64,000 bases of DNA, taken from positions 33,692 through 97,691 of the forward strand of contig JAFGSZ010000080.1 of assembly GCA_016934395.1 (NCBI GenBank). The letters are read 5' to 3'. Origin of the DNA: Bacteroidales bacterium (GTDB taxonomy: Bacteria; Bacteroidota; Bacteroidia; Bacteroidales; UBA10428). Below the pieces are notes generated by a model. That model was given only the letters and a program-made list of their open reading frames with translations, had not been told where the DNA came from and did not search any database. This document shows, piece by piece, positions 30,811 to 41,626 of the stretch. The position numbers were made by a program, and so were the translations under genes. The number at the start of each line of letters is the position of its first letter. Positions within the stretch are counted from its first letter, which is position 1.

Positions 30811-31093
30811 CAAATTGTAAGCATTATTTTTGGTACGTTCCTTTTTTCATATCATTAACTATCTATTGGTTCTTTGCGGAAGAACTGATATGCAATAATT
30901 AAGTAAATCTGTAAGTATAAATTTATTGTAAATTGACATGGTCATAAATTCAATTATAAAAAACATTAACAGATAAATAATCCCATCAGATTAAATTAAG
31001 CTTTCCTCTATAATGGTATTTAAAGTTCAGCACAATTGCCGATTAATTATAAATAAATATTTAAATTTTAATTAATTTGTACAATGTTGAATA

Positions 31094-31101
31094 TATCTTT
31101 G
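31094..31101 (+). promoter_or_regulatory. -7 promoter element (TATCTTTG)
   Basis: Matches TAnnTTTG, 22 nt upstream of the kinase ATG. Confidence 0.5.
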
Positions 31102-31123
31102 TTTATAATAAACCCGGTTATTA

Positions 31124-34100
31124 ATGTTTATCAATAAAAAAACTAAAGAACATAATAATATTGGTGAACTGGATATTGAAAATTATCAGTTATTGTTTCA
31201 GTATGCCCCTTTGGGTGTATTTAAAGCTACAGCAAAAGGAAGATATATTGAAGTAAACCCTACATTGGTTAAACTTCTTGGATATACTAATTCCGAAGAG
31301 CTAATAAACTCAATAGAAGATATTGGTAACCAGATTTATTCAGACCCGGAATTAAGAAAAAAAATTATCCGTGATCTTCACAAGGAAAAAAAGATTGTTC
31401 AGATAGAAACCAACTTTCGGAAAAAAAGTGGTGAAAAATTTCCGGTAAACCTAACACTGTGCTGCCTGCATAAGACATCTGGGAATGATGATGAATATAT
31501 TCTTGGCATGGTAGATGATATTACCGATAAAAAAGCCTACCTCGAAAAAGTATTATGGGAGAGAAATTATCTGCGATCATTAATTGACCATATACCAGAT
31601 TACATTTATTTTAAAAACCACACAGGTAAACTTACAGTTGCTAACAAAGCTTTTGCCAAACTGCTAAATATTAATGATCCAAAAGAACTGGAAAGAGCAA
31701 TAGACAATGATTTTTTATCAAATGAACTGGTTGTTAATTTTTTTAAAGACGATACAAGAATATTAAAAACCGGAATCCCGGTATTAAATGATGAGCGTGC
31801 AGGATACGATGATTATAATGGCAAATTGCTTTATACTCTTTTTTCAAAAATTCCTGCAAAAAATCAAGATGGCAAGGTAATCGGATTAATTGGAATTGGC
31901 AGAAATATTACCGAACTTAAATTTGCCGAACAACAAATAAGCGAAAGCCAGGCTAATCTGACAGCATTAATAGAAAGTACAAAAAATTCAATCTGGGCTA
32001 TCGATAAAAATTACAGGCTTACAACATTTAACTCATATTTTAAAAAATTTATTCATTTATTCTATGATAAAGAATTGCATATTGGGGATGATATCAGAAA
32101 AATCATTCCAAGATCTCAGAAGGATAGCTGGATAAAAATCTTTAAACAAGCATTTGATGGAGCACAATGGGTTCAGGAAGATTGTATAACCAAAGACGGG
32201 GTTAATATCTTTTTTGAAATTTCAATTAATCCAATTCGTAATAATAAAAATGAAGTCACCGGGGTTACTGTATTTTCGAATAACATTACTGAAAGGAAAA
32301 TTGCAGAAGAGGCCCTGAAAGAGAGTGAAGAAAGATTCCGGCAACTTGCGGAAAATTCAAATGATGTATTTATTCTTTCGAACAAATATAACATCCTGTA
32401 TGTAAATCCGGCTTTTGAGAAGGTTTTTGGACGAAGTACAGAATCTGCCTACAGAAATTATAATATTCTTATAGATAGTTTTCATCCTTCTGATAAAAAA
32501 CAATTTACCAAATTTTTTGCAAAGAATACACTGGCCAAAAGCAGTGACACCGGCCAGCAACTTAAAATAATCCGGCCCGATGACGAGGAAAGAAAAGTAT
32601 GGATCAGAAATTTTCCGATATATAACGATAAAGGAAAAATATACAGGTATGTATTTGTAATAACCGATATTACAGAACAAAAAGAACTGGAATCGATTAT
32701 TGTAAATACAAAAACACAACAACAAGCTATACTGGATAATATTCCTTACCTGGCATGGCTTAAAGATAAGGATGGAAAATATATTTCGGCAAATGAACCC
32801 TTTGCCAATAATTTTAATTTGAGCGTTTCGGAGCTGGTAGGTAAAACTGACTATGATATTTGCAATAAAGAGCTGGCAAATAAATACATTCAGAATGATG
32901 AGGAAGTTAAAAACAGCGGAACCCGTCAATTTGTTGAAGAAGTCAGGCAAACGCCTGAAGGTTCGGTATGGCTGGAAACCTTTAAGACTCCAATCTTCGA
33001 TTCGTACGGTAATATTATAGGAATCACCGGAATATCGAGAGACATTACCGACCGTAAGCGAATGGAAGAAGTTATTGTAAAAAATGAAGAACATTTTAAA
33101 GCGCTTTTACAAAACTCATCAGACGCCATTACCATATTAAATGCAAAAGGGGAAATAACTTTTGAAAGTTCTGAAAAAAATAAAATTTCCGATTTTTTAA
33201 TAGATGAACTGCTGGGGACAACCATTTTTGATATCGTTCACCCGGATGATAAGGAGAATTTTGAGGAGTTTTTTGCACAATTGCTAAATATTCCGGGAAA
33301 GGAATTTAAAAAAGAATACCGGAGCCTTCATAAAAATAAAAAATGGATATACGTAGAAAGCATATTCTCAAATCAGCTGGAAAATCCTTCCATAAATGGT
33401 ATTCTTGTTAATTCAAGGGATATTTCAGACCGGAAAATGGCTGAATTGAAAGAACGGGTATACCAGGATAATCTTGTTTTTTTAAGTAACTCGGCACTTG
33501 ATTTATTAGGCCTTTCTGATCTTGAACACATTTATAAATACATTACTGAAAAATTATATAATTTTCTTGAGAATGCGGTAATTATTTTTTCATCCTACCA
33601 GGAAATGAAAGACTGTTTTATTATAGAAAACATTTCCGGAATTGATCCTTACACAGATCAGTTTGAAAGGATTATCGGAAGAGACCCTATTGGCTTAAAT
33701 CTGCCAAGGGATCTAAGCATTTCAAATTTTGATACAGCAGGATCTGTTATTACTATTCAGGATGAAAACTTAAACTGGAATTACACAGAGATAAATTCCA
33801 AAATGTTCGAAGAAATTAATACTATTTTAAAAATTCATAAAATTTATAATATTTCACTTGCACACCAGAACAAACTGCTGGGGAATATCACCATTATTAC
33901 ATTAAACAAAAGTATTATTAAATTCAAACATATAATTGAAACTTTTGTACACCAGGTATCTGTAACCCTTCACCGAAGCTTGCTTGAGGCAGAATTAAAA
34001 AGGGCAAAAAATAAAGCCGAAGAATCAGACAAACTAAAAACGGCTTTTCTGGCCAATATGAGTCATGAGATTCGAACTCCAATGAACGGTATATTAGGAT

Positions 34101-35155
34101 TTGCAGAAATGCTGAATGATGATTCATTAAGCCTTGGCAACAGGAAAAAATATCTTGAGATCATCAACAACAATGGCAAGATGCTGGTAAATTTAATTGA
34201 TGATATTATTGATTTTGCAAAGATCGAAGCCAAACAAATAAAAGTAGCAAAGCAGGATTTCTCCTTAAATACATTATTAGCACAAGTACACGCATCGTTT
34301 TTATCGGAAACATTAAAGAAAGAGAAAAAACATGTTAAATTACGGATGCGGAAAGCATTTACAAATGAGAGTTGTTTTATACGAACAGATCCCAACCGGT
34401 TAAGACAGGTTCTGGTAAATCTTATCGGAAACTCATTTAAATTTACTTCTGAAGGCTATATTGAATTCGGATACGAACTGCGCGCTGATAATATGCTCGA
34501 ATTTTATGTGGAAGATACAGGTATTGGTATTGCTCAGGATAAATTGGATATAATCTTTGAACGGTTTATGCAGGCAGACAGCTCAAGGACCAGAAAATAT
34601 GGCGGTTCCGGTCTGGGCCTGGCCATTTCTAAGGGATTTATTGAATTGTTGGGAGGATCTATGTGGGTGGAATCTGAATACGGAAAAGGATCAAAATTTT
34701 ATTTTACACTTCCTTATGTTCCCACAAGAAAAGTACAAACCGAGGAAGAAGGAGAAAAAAAATTAAAAGACCAGTATATCTGGAAAGATAAGACATTTCT
34801 TGTGGCCGAAGATGATACGTTCAGTTATAAATTCCTGGAGGGATTTTTAAAACAAACCCAGGCCACGGTAATGCACGCCGAAGATGGTAACAAAGCAGTT
34901 AAACTATGTAAAGAAAATCCACATATTGACCTCGTATTAATGGATATCCAGATGCCTGAACTCAATGGAATTGAAGCTACCTCTATAATTAAAGAATTTA
35001 ATAAAAACCTGCCTATAATTGCACAAACAGCTAATGCTATTCCTGAAGAAAAAGAACGATGTATAGATGCCGGCTGTGACGATTTTATTACCAAACCGGT
35101 AAATGTTGTCGAATTGTATGCTAAAATTGAAAAATTATTAATCGGTAATCATTAA
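31124..35155 (+). CDS. Cytoplasmic multi-PAS hybrid sensor histidine kinase / response regulator
   Basis: About six PAS repeats ending in DIT/NIT/DIS motifs, a GAF-like segment, H-box FLANMSHEIRTPMNG, HATPase (DTGIGI, GGSGLGL) and receiver DLVLMDIQMP. No TM seen. Confidence 0.94.
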   Translation: MFINKKTKEHNNIGELDIENYQLLFQYAPLGVFKATAKGRYIEVNPTLVKLLGYTNSEELINSIEDIGNQIYSDPELRKKIIRDLHKEKKIVQIETNFRKKSGEKFPVNLTLCCLHKTSGNDDEYILGMVDDITDKKAYLEKVLWERNYLRSLIDHIPDYIYFKNHTGKLTVANKAFAKLLNINDPKELERAIDNDFLSNELVVNFFKDDTRILKTGIPVLNDERAGYDDYNGKLLYTLFSKIPAKNQDGKVIGLIGIGRNITELKFAEQQISESQANLTALIESTKNSIWAIDKNYRLTTFNSYFKKFIHLFYDKELHIGDDIRKIIPRSQKDSWIKIFKQAFDGAQWVQEDCITKDGVNIFFEISINPIRNNKNEVTGVTVFSNNITERKIAEEALKESEERFRQLAENSNDVFILSNKYNILYVNPAFEKVFGRSTESAYRNYNILIDSFHPSDKKQFTKFFAKNTLAKSSDTGQQLKIIRPDDEERKVWIRNFPIYNDKGKIYRYVFVITDITEQKELESIIVNTKTQQQAILDNIPYLAWLKDKDGKYISANEPFANNFNLSVSELVGKTDYDICNKELANKYIQNDEEVKNSGTRQFVEEVRQTPEGSVWLETFKTPIFDSYGNIIGITGISRDITDRKRMEEVIVKNEEHFKALLQNSSDAITILNAKGEITFESSEKNKISDFLIDELLGTTIFDIVHPDDKENFEEFFAQLLNIPGKEFKKEYRSLHKNKKWIYVESIFSNQLENPSINGILVNSRDISDRKMAELKERVYQDNLVFLSNSALDLLGLSDLEHIYKYITEKLYNFLENAVIIFSSYQEMKDCFIIENISGIDPYTDQFERIIGRDPIGLNLPRDLSISNFDTAGSVITIQDENLNWNYTEINSKMFEEINTILKIHKIYNISLAHQNKLLGNITIITLNKSIIKFKHIIETFVHQVSVTLHRSLLEAELKRAKNKAEESDKLKTAFLANMSHEIRTPMNGILGFAEMLNDDSLSLGNRKKYLEIINNNGKMLVNLIDDIIDFAKIEAKQIKVAKQDFSLNTLLAQVHASFLSETLKKEKKHVKLRMRKAFTNESCFIRTDPNRLRQVLVNLIGNSFKFTSEGYIEFGYELRADNMLEFYVEDTGIGIAQDKLDIIFERFMQADSSRTRKYGGSGLGLAISKGFIELLGGSMWVESEYGKGSKFYFTLPYVPTRKVQTEEEGEKKLKDQYIWKDKTFLVAEDDTFSYKFLEGFLKQTQATVMHAEDGNKAVKLCKENPHIDLVLMDIQMPELNGIEATSIIKEFNKNLPIIAQTANAIPEEKERCIDAGCDDFITKPVNVVELYAKIEKLLIGNH

Positions 35156-35164
35156 ATACTCTAT

Positions 35165-36298
35165 TTGCTGAATTTGCACATGATCTTTATTGTTGCGGTA
35201 TCCGTATTTTTTGCTGTTTTTTATTCAATACTTATTTTAGCATATACCACCGGATGGCATAAAACTCAGGAGTATATTTTTAAAGCACATGCTAAGCCCG
35301 TTTTAATTTCTGTTATTATTCCTGCACGAAATGAGGAGAATAATATAGTTTATATATTAAACGACCTGTTTTCTCAGAAATATCCCAAAGAACTTTACGA
35401 AGTAATCGTTATTGATGATCATTCTAATGACAGTACTTTTGAACGGATTAAAAACTTTGGCAACAAAAAAACCAATATTAAAATATTTAGGTTGCCCGAT
35501 AAGCTCAATGGTAAAAAGCATGCACTTAACTATGGAATTAATAAGTCATCCGGTGAATTAATTTTGGTTACTGATGCTGACTGCAGACTTACAAATTTAT
35601 GGATCGCAACAATAGCTTCATTTTATCAACACAAAAATAATCCGGATATGATAATTGGCTTGGTGAATATGCAATCCGGCAGAGGAATTTTATCAAATAT
35701 ACAGGAGGCAGATCTTGCGAGTCTGGCGGGTGTTGCTGCCGGATCTGCTGCAATTAATAAACCGGTTTTATGCAACGGGGCAAATCTTGCTTTTAAAAAG
35801 TCTTCCTTTGAAACCCTTTCCGACCCTTTTGAAAAACGTTCTGTTTCGGGAGATGATGTATTTTTATTACAACAATTTAAAAAGAATAAATACAGGATAA
35901 TGGTGATTAAAAATCGCATGACCACAGTTACTACATTACCAGTAAAATACTGGAAAGACTTTTTAAGCCAGCGCCTGAGATGGGCATCCAAAAGCAAGTA
36001 TTATTCCGATCGTGAAATTATACTTACCGGCTTTACGGTAGTTATCTTTAATTATCTGCTAATTGTGTTGTTTATACTGCAATTTTTCGCGAATTGCCTT
36101 CAACTGTTTTTAATCCTGTTTACTTTAAAATTAATAGTGGATTCGTTTTTGGTTATTCCCGTTTTGAAATATTTCGGAAAATCAAATAAAATCGTATGGT
36201 TTTTCCTTTTTGAACTGGTGTATCCGGTATATTCTGCAGTTTTTTCTCTTTGGGGAATTTATATAAAATCTTCCTGGAAAGGCAGGTCTAATTTTTAA
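35165..36298 (+). CDS. Glycosyltransferase family 2, membrane-bound
   Basis: SVIIPARNEE, IDDHSND, GKKHAL, TDADC, SGDD, QRLRW. The start may be the ATG at 35180. Confidence 0.92.
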   Translation: MLNLHMIFIVAVSVFFAVFYSILILAYTTGWHKTQEYIFKAHAKPVLISVIIPARNEENNIVYILNDLFSQKYPKELYEVIVIDDHSNDSTFERIKNFGNKKTNIKIFRLPDKLNGKKHALNYGINKSSGELILVTDADCRLTNLWIATIASFYQHKNNPDMIIGLVNMQSGRGILSNIQEADLASLAGVAAGSAAINKPVLCNGANLAFKKSSFETLSDPFEKRSVSGDDVFLLQQFKKNKYRIMVIKNRMTTVTTLPVKYWKDFLSQRLRWASKSKYYSDREIILTGFTVVIFNYLLIVLFILQFFANCLQLFLILFTLKLIVDSFLVIPVLKYFGKSNKIVWFFLFELVYPVYSAVFSLWGIYIKSSWKGRSNF

Positions 36299-36317
36299 TA
36301 TCGGGAAACAATTTGTT

Positions 36318-38510
36318 TTAATTTCCCATTTCAGATATAAATTTAATACGCATTAGGCGTATGTCTTCTTCGGTATATTCATCTTCGCCCAGTTCTTCGA
36401 GTGCGGCTTCCACAGATTCTGTCTCAGCTTCCTCCCTGAAATAGTCGAATATTTCCTGCTGATGATCTTCATCAATTACCTGGTTAATATAATAGTCTAT
36501 ATTCAATTTGGTGCCAGAGTTTACGATAGCTTCAACCTCATCCAGCAATTCTGACATGCCGAGGTTTTTAGCATCGGCAATATCGTTAAGTCCTATTTTT
36601 CTGTCGATACTCTGAATAATATAAACTTTCATACCAGACTTGTTTACCACCGACTTAACCACCATATCCTGAGGTCTGATAATTTCCTTTTCCTCAACAT
36701 ATTTTTTTATTAACTCCACAAACTCTTTTCCGTATCTATTGGCTTTACCGGCGCCAACACCAGAAATATTTTGAAGTTCTTCAATATTAACAGGATACTG
36801 AATAGCCATATCATCCAGCGATGGATCCTGAAAAATAATAAACGGGGGAAGGTTTTTTTCCTTTGATATTTTTTTACGGAGATCTTTCAAAATACTTAAG
36901 AGTTCCTCATCAGCGGCTCCAGATCTCATGGATGGAGTCATTGCTTCATCTTCATCGTCTGTACCTGAATAATCATGATCCTCAACAAGCATAAAGGAAT
37001 GGGGATTTTGCAAAAATTTCCTGCCCTTACTTTCGAGTTGTAACAAGCCGTAATTTTCAATATCTTTTTTAATAAATCGTGCAATTAATGCCTGTCGCAA
37101 TACCGCACCCCAGAATTTTATATCTTTTTCTTTCCCCTGTCCAAATAACTCAAGATGATGGTGTTTGTAAGATTTTATCATGGGACTTTTCACTCCGGCA
37201 AGGATATTTGCAATGTGATCGGCTTTAAATTTTTCGTTAACAGCCAATATGGTTTCCAGTGCTTTGATAACGTATTCTTTTCCTTCGAACAGATTTTTGG
37301 GATGCAGGCAATTATCACAATTATTGCAATTTTCTTTCATTTCTTCACCAAAATAACTAAGCAGTTGTTTGGGACGACAAACTGAAGATTCGGCATAAGA
37401 TACGGTTTCCAGCAGCAATTGTTTTCCAATTTCCTGTTCGGCAATCGGTTTGCCCTGCATAAACTTTTCAAGCTTTTGGATATCCTTATAACTGTAAAAA
37501 GCAATACATCGTCCTTCACCGCCATCGCGCCCGGCACGTCCGGTTTCCTGGTAATATCCTTCAAGGCTTTTGGGAATATCATGATGAATAACAAAGCGTA
37601 CATCCGGTTTATCAATACCCATACCAAATGCAATGGTAGCTACAATTACATCAGCATCTTCCATAAGGAATTTGTCCTGATTAATTGTCCGGGTGGAAGA
37701 ATCCATGCCTGCATGATAGGGTAAAGCCTTTATACCGTTTACTTTCAGGGTTTCAGCAAGTTCTTCAACTTTTTTTCGGCTTAAGCAATAAATTATTCCC
37801 GATTTGCCGTGATTACTTTTGATATATTTAATAATTTCTTTGGAAACGTTTTTCTTTGGCCGTAATTCATAATAGAGGTTATGTCTTCGGAATGAGGATT
37901 TAAAAACATTTGCCTCCAACATGCTCAGATTTTTTTGTATATCGTGCTGTACCTTAGGAGTTGCAGTTGCCGTTAAGGCAATTAGAGGAGCTTCGCCAAT
38001 CTGATTGATTATAGGTCGAATCCGACGGTATTCAGGTCTGAAATCGTGACCCCACTCAGATATACAATGTGCTTCATCTATAGCATAAAAGGATATTTTA
38101 ACTTGTTTAAGAAAATTAATATTTTCTTCTTTGGTAAGCGATTCCGGGGCTACATAGAGAAGCTTTGTATTTCCTTTAAGTACATCGTTTTTAACCTGGG
38201 TAATAGCAGATTTGGTTAATGAAGAATTTAAAAAATGGGCAACACCATCTTCTTCACTAAAGCTTCGCATGGCATCCACCTGATTTTTCATAAGGGCAAT
38301 CAGCGGGGAAATAACAATGCCCGTTCCTTCCATAAGTATCGAAGGTAACTGGTAACATAAAGATTTTCCTCCACCGGTGGGCATTAAAACAAAAGTGTCC
38401 TTTCCAGCAAGAACATTTCTAATTATTAATTCCTGATTTCCTTTAAAGGAAGTAAACCCAAAATATTTTTTTAATACTTCTGTCAAAGAAATATCTGCAC
38501 CAACACTCAT
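36318..38510 (-). CDS. recQ: ATP-dependent DNA helicase RecQ
   Basis: MPTGGGKSLCYQ, DEAHCISEWGHDFRP, ATIAFGMGID, YYQETGRAGRDG, Zn-binding CNNCDNC, RQC and HRDC domains. Confidence 0.97.
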   Translation of the reverse strand: MSVGADISLTEVLKKYFGFTSFKGNQELIIRNVLAGKDTFVLMPTGGGKSLCYQLPSILMEGTGIVISPLIALMKNQVDAMRSFSEEDGVAHFLNSSLTKSAITQVKNDVLKGNTKLLYVAPESLTKEENINFLKQVKISFYAIDEAHCISEWGHDFRPEYRRIRPIINQIGEAPLIALTATATPKVQHDIQKNLSMLEANVFKSSFRRHNLYYELRPKKNVSKEIIKYIKSNHGKSGIIYCLSRKKVEELAETLKVNGIKALPYHAGMDSSTRTINQDKFLMEDADVIVATIAFGMGIDKPDVRFVIHHDIPKSLEGYYQETGRAGRDGGEGRCIAFYSYKDIQKLEKFMQGKPIAEQEIGKQLLLETVSYAESSVCRPKQLLSYFGEEMKENCNNCDNCLHPKNLFEGKEYVIKALETILAVNEKFKADHIANILAGVKSPMIKSYKHHHLELFGQGKEKDIKFWGAVLRQALIARFIKKDIENYGLLQLESKGRKFLQNPHSFMLVEDHDYSGTDDEDEAMTPSMRSGAADEELLSILKDLRKKISKEKNLPPFIIFQDPSLDDMAIQYPVNIEELQNISGVGAGKANRYGKEFVELIKKYVEEKEIIRPQDMVVKSVVNKSGMKVYIIQSIDRKIGLNDIADAKNLGMSELLDEVEAIVNSGTKLNIDYYINQVIDEDHQQEIFDYFREEAETESVEAALEELGEDEYTEEDIRLMRIKFISEMGN

Positions 38511-38686
38511 ATCCTCCTGTATTTATAAAGTATTCTTTTCGTGACAAGCAGCAGTGAGATTGCTTCGAACTACACAATTAATTAATAAACAAAACTATAT
38601 ACGATTGATATATCAAAATGTTTTATTGAAAATTTAAAAGTCAACCATTCAATAGTACTCCTGTTAGAATAATTGAGAAATATCAA

Positions 38687-38694
38687 TACATTTG
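38687..38694 (+). promoter_or_regulatory. -7 promoter element (TACATTTG) upstream of tatC
   Basis: Matches TAnnTTTG. Confidence 0.4.
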
Positions 38695-38812
38695 TACCCT
38701 AAATTAATAACTTTTTTTCAAATATATGTATTTGAAAACGTTAAAATTTGCTGTGAAATATATATTACTGATATAGATATATAAACTCTTTGTAAATTAT
38801 AATAGATAAACA

Positions 38813-39628
38813 ATGACCGATAAGAAAAATGGTGAGATGTCGTTTCTTGATCACCTTGAAGAACTCAGATGGCATATTATTCGATCTTTTATAGCAGTAA
38901 TAATTGTATCTATAGTAGCATTTATTTTTAATGAAATTGTTTTCGATTCTATAATAATTGCTCCAAAAACTCCTGAATTCTGGACCAACAGGATGTTATG
39001 CAAACTTGGAGAACTTGTTCACGTTAAGAAACTATGTATCAATTCAAAATCATTTGAATTAAAAAGTATTTATATGGCCAGTCAGTTTATGGCACATATA
39101 AAGATTTCATTAATTGCAGGTGTGATTGTCGCTTTTCCATATGTGTTTTTTGAGTTCTGGAGGTTTATAAATCCTGCTTTATACCAGAATGAGCAAAAAC
39201 ATGCAAGAGGAGCCGTATTTTATACTTCCCTGCTTTTTACTTTAGGTGTTCTTTTCGGATACTTTTTAATTGTTCCGCTATCTGTGCATTTTCTAGGATC
39301 GTATAGGGTAAGCGAACAGGTGGCAAATGAAATCACGCTGATGTCTTATATTTCCACTGTTGCATCCGTAACACTGGCCAGTGGAATTGTTTTTGAATTG
39401 CCTGTGGTGGTTTATTTTCTAAGTAAATTGGGGATAATCAATGCTAAATTTTTACGGACCTATCGAAAACATGCCCTGATCGTTATATTAGCACTATCGG
39501 CAATTATTACTCCTCCTGATATTTTTAGTCAGATCCTTGTTTCCGTTCCATTAATTTTACTTTACGAAATAAGTATCCGTATTTCTCAAAAAATAGAAAA
39601 AAGGCAGGAAAAAGAAATGGCAGGCTGA
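38813..39628 (+). CDS. tatC: Twin-arginine translocase subunit TatC
   Basis: MSFLDHLEELRWHI, FINPALY, FELPV, AIITPPD, LYEISI. Confidence 0.97.
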   Translation: MTDKKNGEMSFLDHLEELRWHIIRSFIAVIIVSIVAFIFNEIVFDSIIIAPKTPEFWTNRMLCKLGELVHVKKLCINSKSFELKSIYMASQFMAHIKISLIAGVIVAFPYVFFEFWRFINPALYQNEQKHARGAVFYTSLLFTLGVLFGYFLIVPLSVHFLGSYRVSEQVANEITLMSYISTVASVTLASGIVFELPVVVYFLSKLGIINAKFLRTYRKHALIVILALSAIITPPDIFSQILVSVPLILLYEISIRISQKIEKRQEKEMAG

Positions 39629-39706
39629 TGATATTTACAAAAAAGATTTAATATCTGAAGAATTAGGGGGTTTAGTTGGTAAAACTTTTTATTTTAAATT
39701 CTTTAG

Positions 39707-39714
39707 TACATTTG
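39707..39714 (+). promoter_or_regulatory. -7 promoter element (TACATTTG) upstream of lptB
   Basis: Matches TAnnTTTG, 28 nt before the ATG. Confidence 0.5.
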
Positions 39715-39742
39715 TTGAATACGAAAGGTTAAAATTTCAGAA

Positions 39743-40465
39743 ATGAAACTACGTACAGAAAATCTTGTAAAAAAATACCGTTCACGAACCGTGGTGAAAG
39801 GAGTATCAATAAATGTTGAACAAGGTGAAATTGTGGGATTACTGGGACCAAACGGAGCCGGAAAAACCACCTCTTTTTATATGATTGTTGGATTAATTGT
39901 ACCCAATGAAGGCAAGATTTTTATCGACAACACTGAAATAACAGCTGAACCTGTATATAAGCGTGCCCAAAAAGGTATTGGATATCTTTCACAGGAGGCA
40001 TCAGTTTTCAGAAGGCTCAATGTAGAAGATAACCTTTATGCCGTGCTCGAAATGAGTAGTTTTTCAAAAGAAGAACAAAAAGATCGTGTTGAATCGTTAA
40101 TCAGAGAATTTGGGCTGCAAAAAATCAGGAAAAGTCTCGGTATTCAATTATCAGGCGGAGAACGAAGACGTACCGAAATTGCCCGCGCGCTTGCATTAGA
40201 TCCTTATTTTATGCTTCTTGATGAACCTTTTGCCGGAGTAGACCCAATTGCAGTAGAAGATATTCAGGAAATTGTAGCAAAGCTTAAAGAAAAAAATATT
40301 GGAATATTAATTACCGACCATAATGTACACGAAACCCTGTCGATAACCGACAGGGCCTATTTATTGTTCGAAGGAGAAATTATGAAATCGGGTACTTCAC
40401 AGGAACTTGCCGATGATGAACAGGTTCGCCGTGTGTACCTCGGTCAGAATTTTGAACTACGCTAA
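39743..40465 (+). CDS. lptB: LPS export ABC transporter ATP-binding protein
   Basis: [46 protein letters not shown]. Confidence 0.96.
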   Translation: MKLRTENLVKKYRSRTVVKGVSINVEQGEIVGLLGPNGAGKTTSFYMIVGLIVPNEGKIFIDNTEITAEPVYKRAQKGIGYLSQEASVFRRLNVEDNLYAVLEMSSFSKEEQKDRVESLIREFGLQKIRKSLGIQLSGGERRRTEIARALALDPYFMLLDEPFAGVDPIAVEDIQEIVAKLKEKNIGILITDHNVHETLSITDRAYLLFEGEIMKSGTSQELADDEQVRRVYLGQNFELR

Positions 40466-40473
40466 AATTAAAA

Positions 40474-41328
40474 TCACTTTATCGAATATGCCATAACACG
40501 GTTATCGAAAAATGTAGGCACATATAATATATTTTTTCCGATTACATAATCAATATCTGCTGCATTAATTTTTGCAGCTGCAGTTCCCAGCAGTTTAACC
40601 TTTTCTTTCGCAGGATTTATCAGATAAACATTCCCGGCCCAGTCGGATATCATGTAATTTCCTTTACCATCTGGCACAATGCCGTCTATTCCACCTGTAT
40701 TTAAAATATAATCGCTGATATTTTTCGAATAAATATCAATTTTTACTACTTTGCCATCAAGGCCTACAAGTAATGTTTCCTTCTCAACAAATAATCCATT
40801 TGGATTATTCAATTTATCCGACTGAATAAATAACTGTATCTTTCCATCCTTGATCTGGTATATGGCATTGCCTTTCATGTCTGAAATAAAAACAGCTCCT
40901 CCTTTACAAACCGCTATATCGTTAAGAAATTTAGCATTTAATGTTCTGTAAATTCTTTTAATTTCACCCTTTTCAATATCAATCTCAACTACACTATTTA
41001 ACTCAGCTACAAAAAGACTGTTTTTATAAATCCCCATACCTTTTGGAGAAGTTATTCCGGTTACCCATTTCAGGTCCAGAATTTTCCCGTCTGGTGACAA
41101 TTTTGAAATAAAACCCTGCTTTTCATTCCTGGCTTCATCCCCAACCATATTCGCAACATAAATTACATCTCTTTCTTTGTCATAACATACGGATTCAGGC
41201 ACGTCAAATTTTTTCTCGGTTTCCCACTTTTTCTCTAGTTTATCATTCATAAAAATTTCACTTCCCTGGGCATTAGCAAAAATTGTTGCCACGAATATTA
41301 TCAGTATAAAAAGCATTGTCTTTTTCAT
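40474..41328 (-). CDS. Secreted SMP-30/gluconolactonase/LRE-family beta-propeller protein
   Basis: Signal peptide; PESV, SPKGM, FLNDI, PNGL, IDGI, AADI blade motifs. Confidence 0.82.
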   Translation of the reverse strand: MKKTMLFILIIFVATIFANAQGSEIFMNDKLEKKWETEKKFDVPESVCYDKERDVIYVANMVGDEARNEKQGFISKLSPDGKILDLKWVTGITSPKGMGIYKNSLFVAELNSVVEIDIEKGEIKRIYRTLNAKFLNDIAVCKGGAVFISDMKGNAIYQIKDGKIQLFIQSDKLNNPNGLFVEKETLLVGLDGKVVKIDIYSKNISDYILNTGGIDGIVPDGKGNYMISDWAGNVYLINPAKEKVKLLGTAAAKINAADIDYVIGKNILYVPTFFDNRVMAYSIK

Positions 41329-41422
41329 AATCTATAGTTTAAGTTTATTTAATTATTAAAAATAGTGCATTTTTCATATAATTTCAACCAAACTAACAAC
41401 CTAAATTTTCTCTGGATTAGGA

Positions 41423-41455
41423 CTTGCGAATAACAAAAAAAAATTGGTATCTTTG
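41423..41455 (+). promoter_or_regulatory. Sigma70 promoter of tRNA-Leu/tig
   Basis: -33-like CTTG (41423-41426), 21-nt spacer, -7 TATCTTTG (41448-41455). Confidence 0.7.
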
Positions 41456-41470
41456 CACCTCAAAATTCAG

Positions 41471-41552
41471 GCGGATGTGGCGAAATTGGTAGACGCGCTA
41501 GACTTAGGATCTAGTGCCTTACGGCGTGGGGGTTCGAGTCCCTTCATCCGCA
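41471..41552 (+). tRNA. tRNA-Leu (anticodon TAG)
   Basis: Acceptor GCGGATG/CATCCGC, D-loop AATTGGTA, anticodon arm CTAGA-CTTAGGA-TCTAG, long variable arm, T-loop GTTCGAGT; CCA not encoded. Confidence 0.97.
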
Positions 41553-41560
41553 CAATATAA

Positions 41561-41606
41561 AAAAACCGTTCCCTTACCGATTTTTCCGGCAATGGTGGCG
41601 GTTTTT
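41561..41606 (+). terminator. Imperfect hairpin between tRNA-Leu and tig (possible leaky terminator or processing site)
   Basis: AAAAACCGTT...GGCGGTTTTT with additional internal pairing. Confidence 0.45.
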
Positions 41607-41626
41607 AAAATTTTAATTTATATTGA

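Noticed and set aside
30864-30890. Hairpin TATTGGTTCTT-tgcgg-AAGAACTGATA after the DUF151 gene
   Set aside because: Weak stem with G-U pairs and no clear U-tract; cannot be called a terminator or sRNA with confidence.
32357-33094. 245-aa antisense ORF inside the hybrid kinase, and the many other 60-120 aa overlapping ORFs in the track
   Set aside because: They lie on or opposite well-supported genes, have no recognisable motifs and look like shadow ORFs.
38511-38520. AGGAGG Shine-Dalgarno-like sequence before recQ (unusual for Bacteroidota)
   Set aside because: Only 2 nt from the ATG, too close for functional pairing; probably coincidental.
41471-41626. tRNA-Leu as a possible integration site
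   Set aside because: No integrase, no duplicated tRNA 3' end seen, and core genes (tig-clpP-clpX) follow directly.
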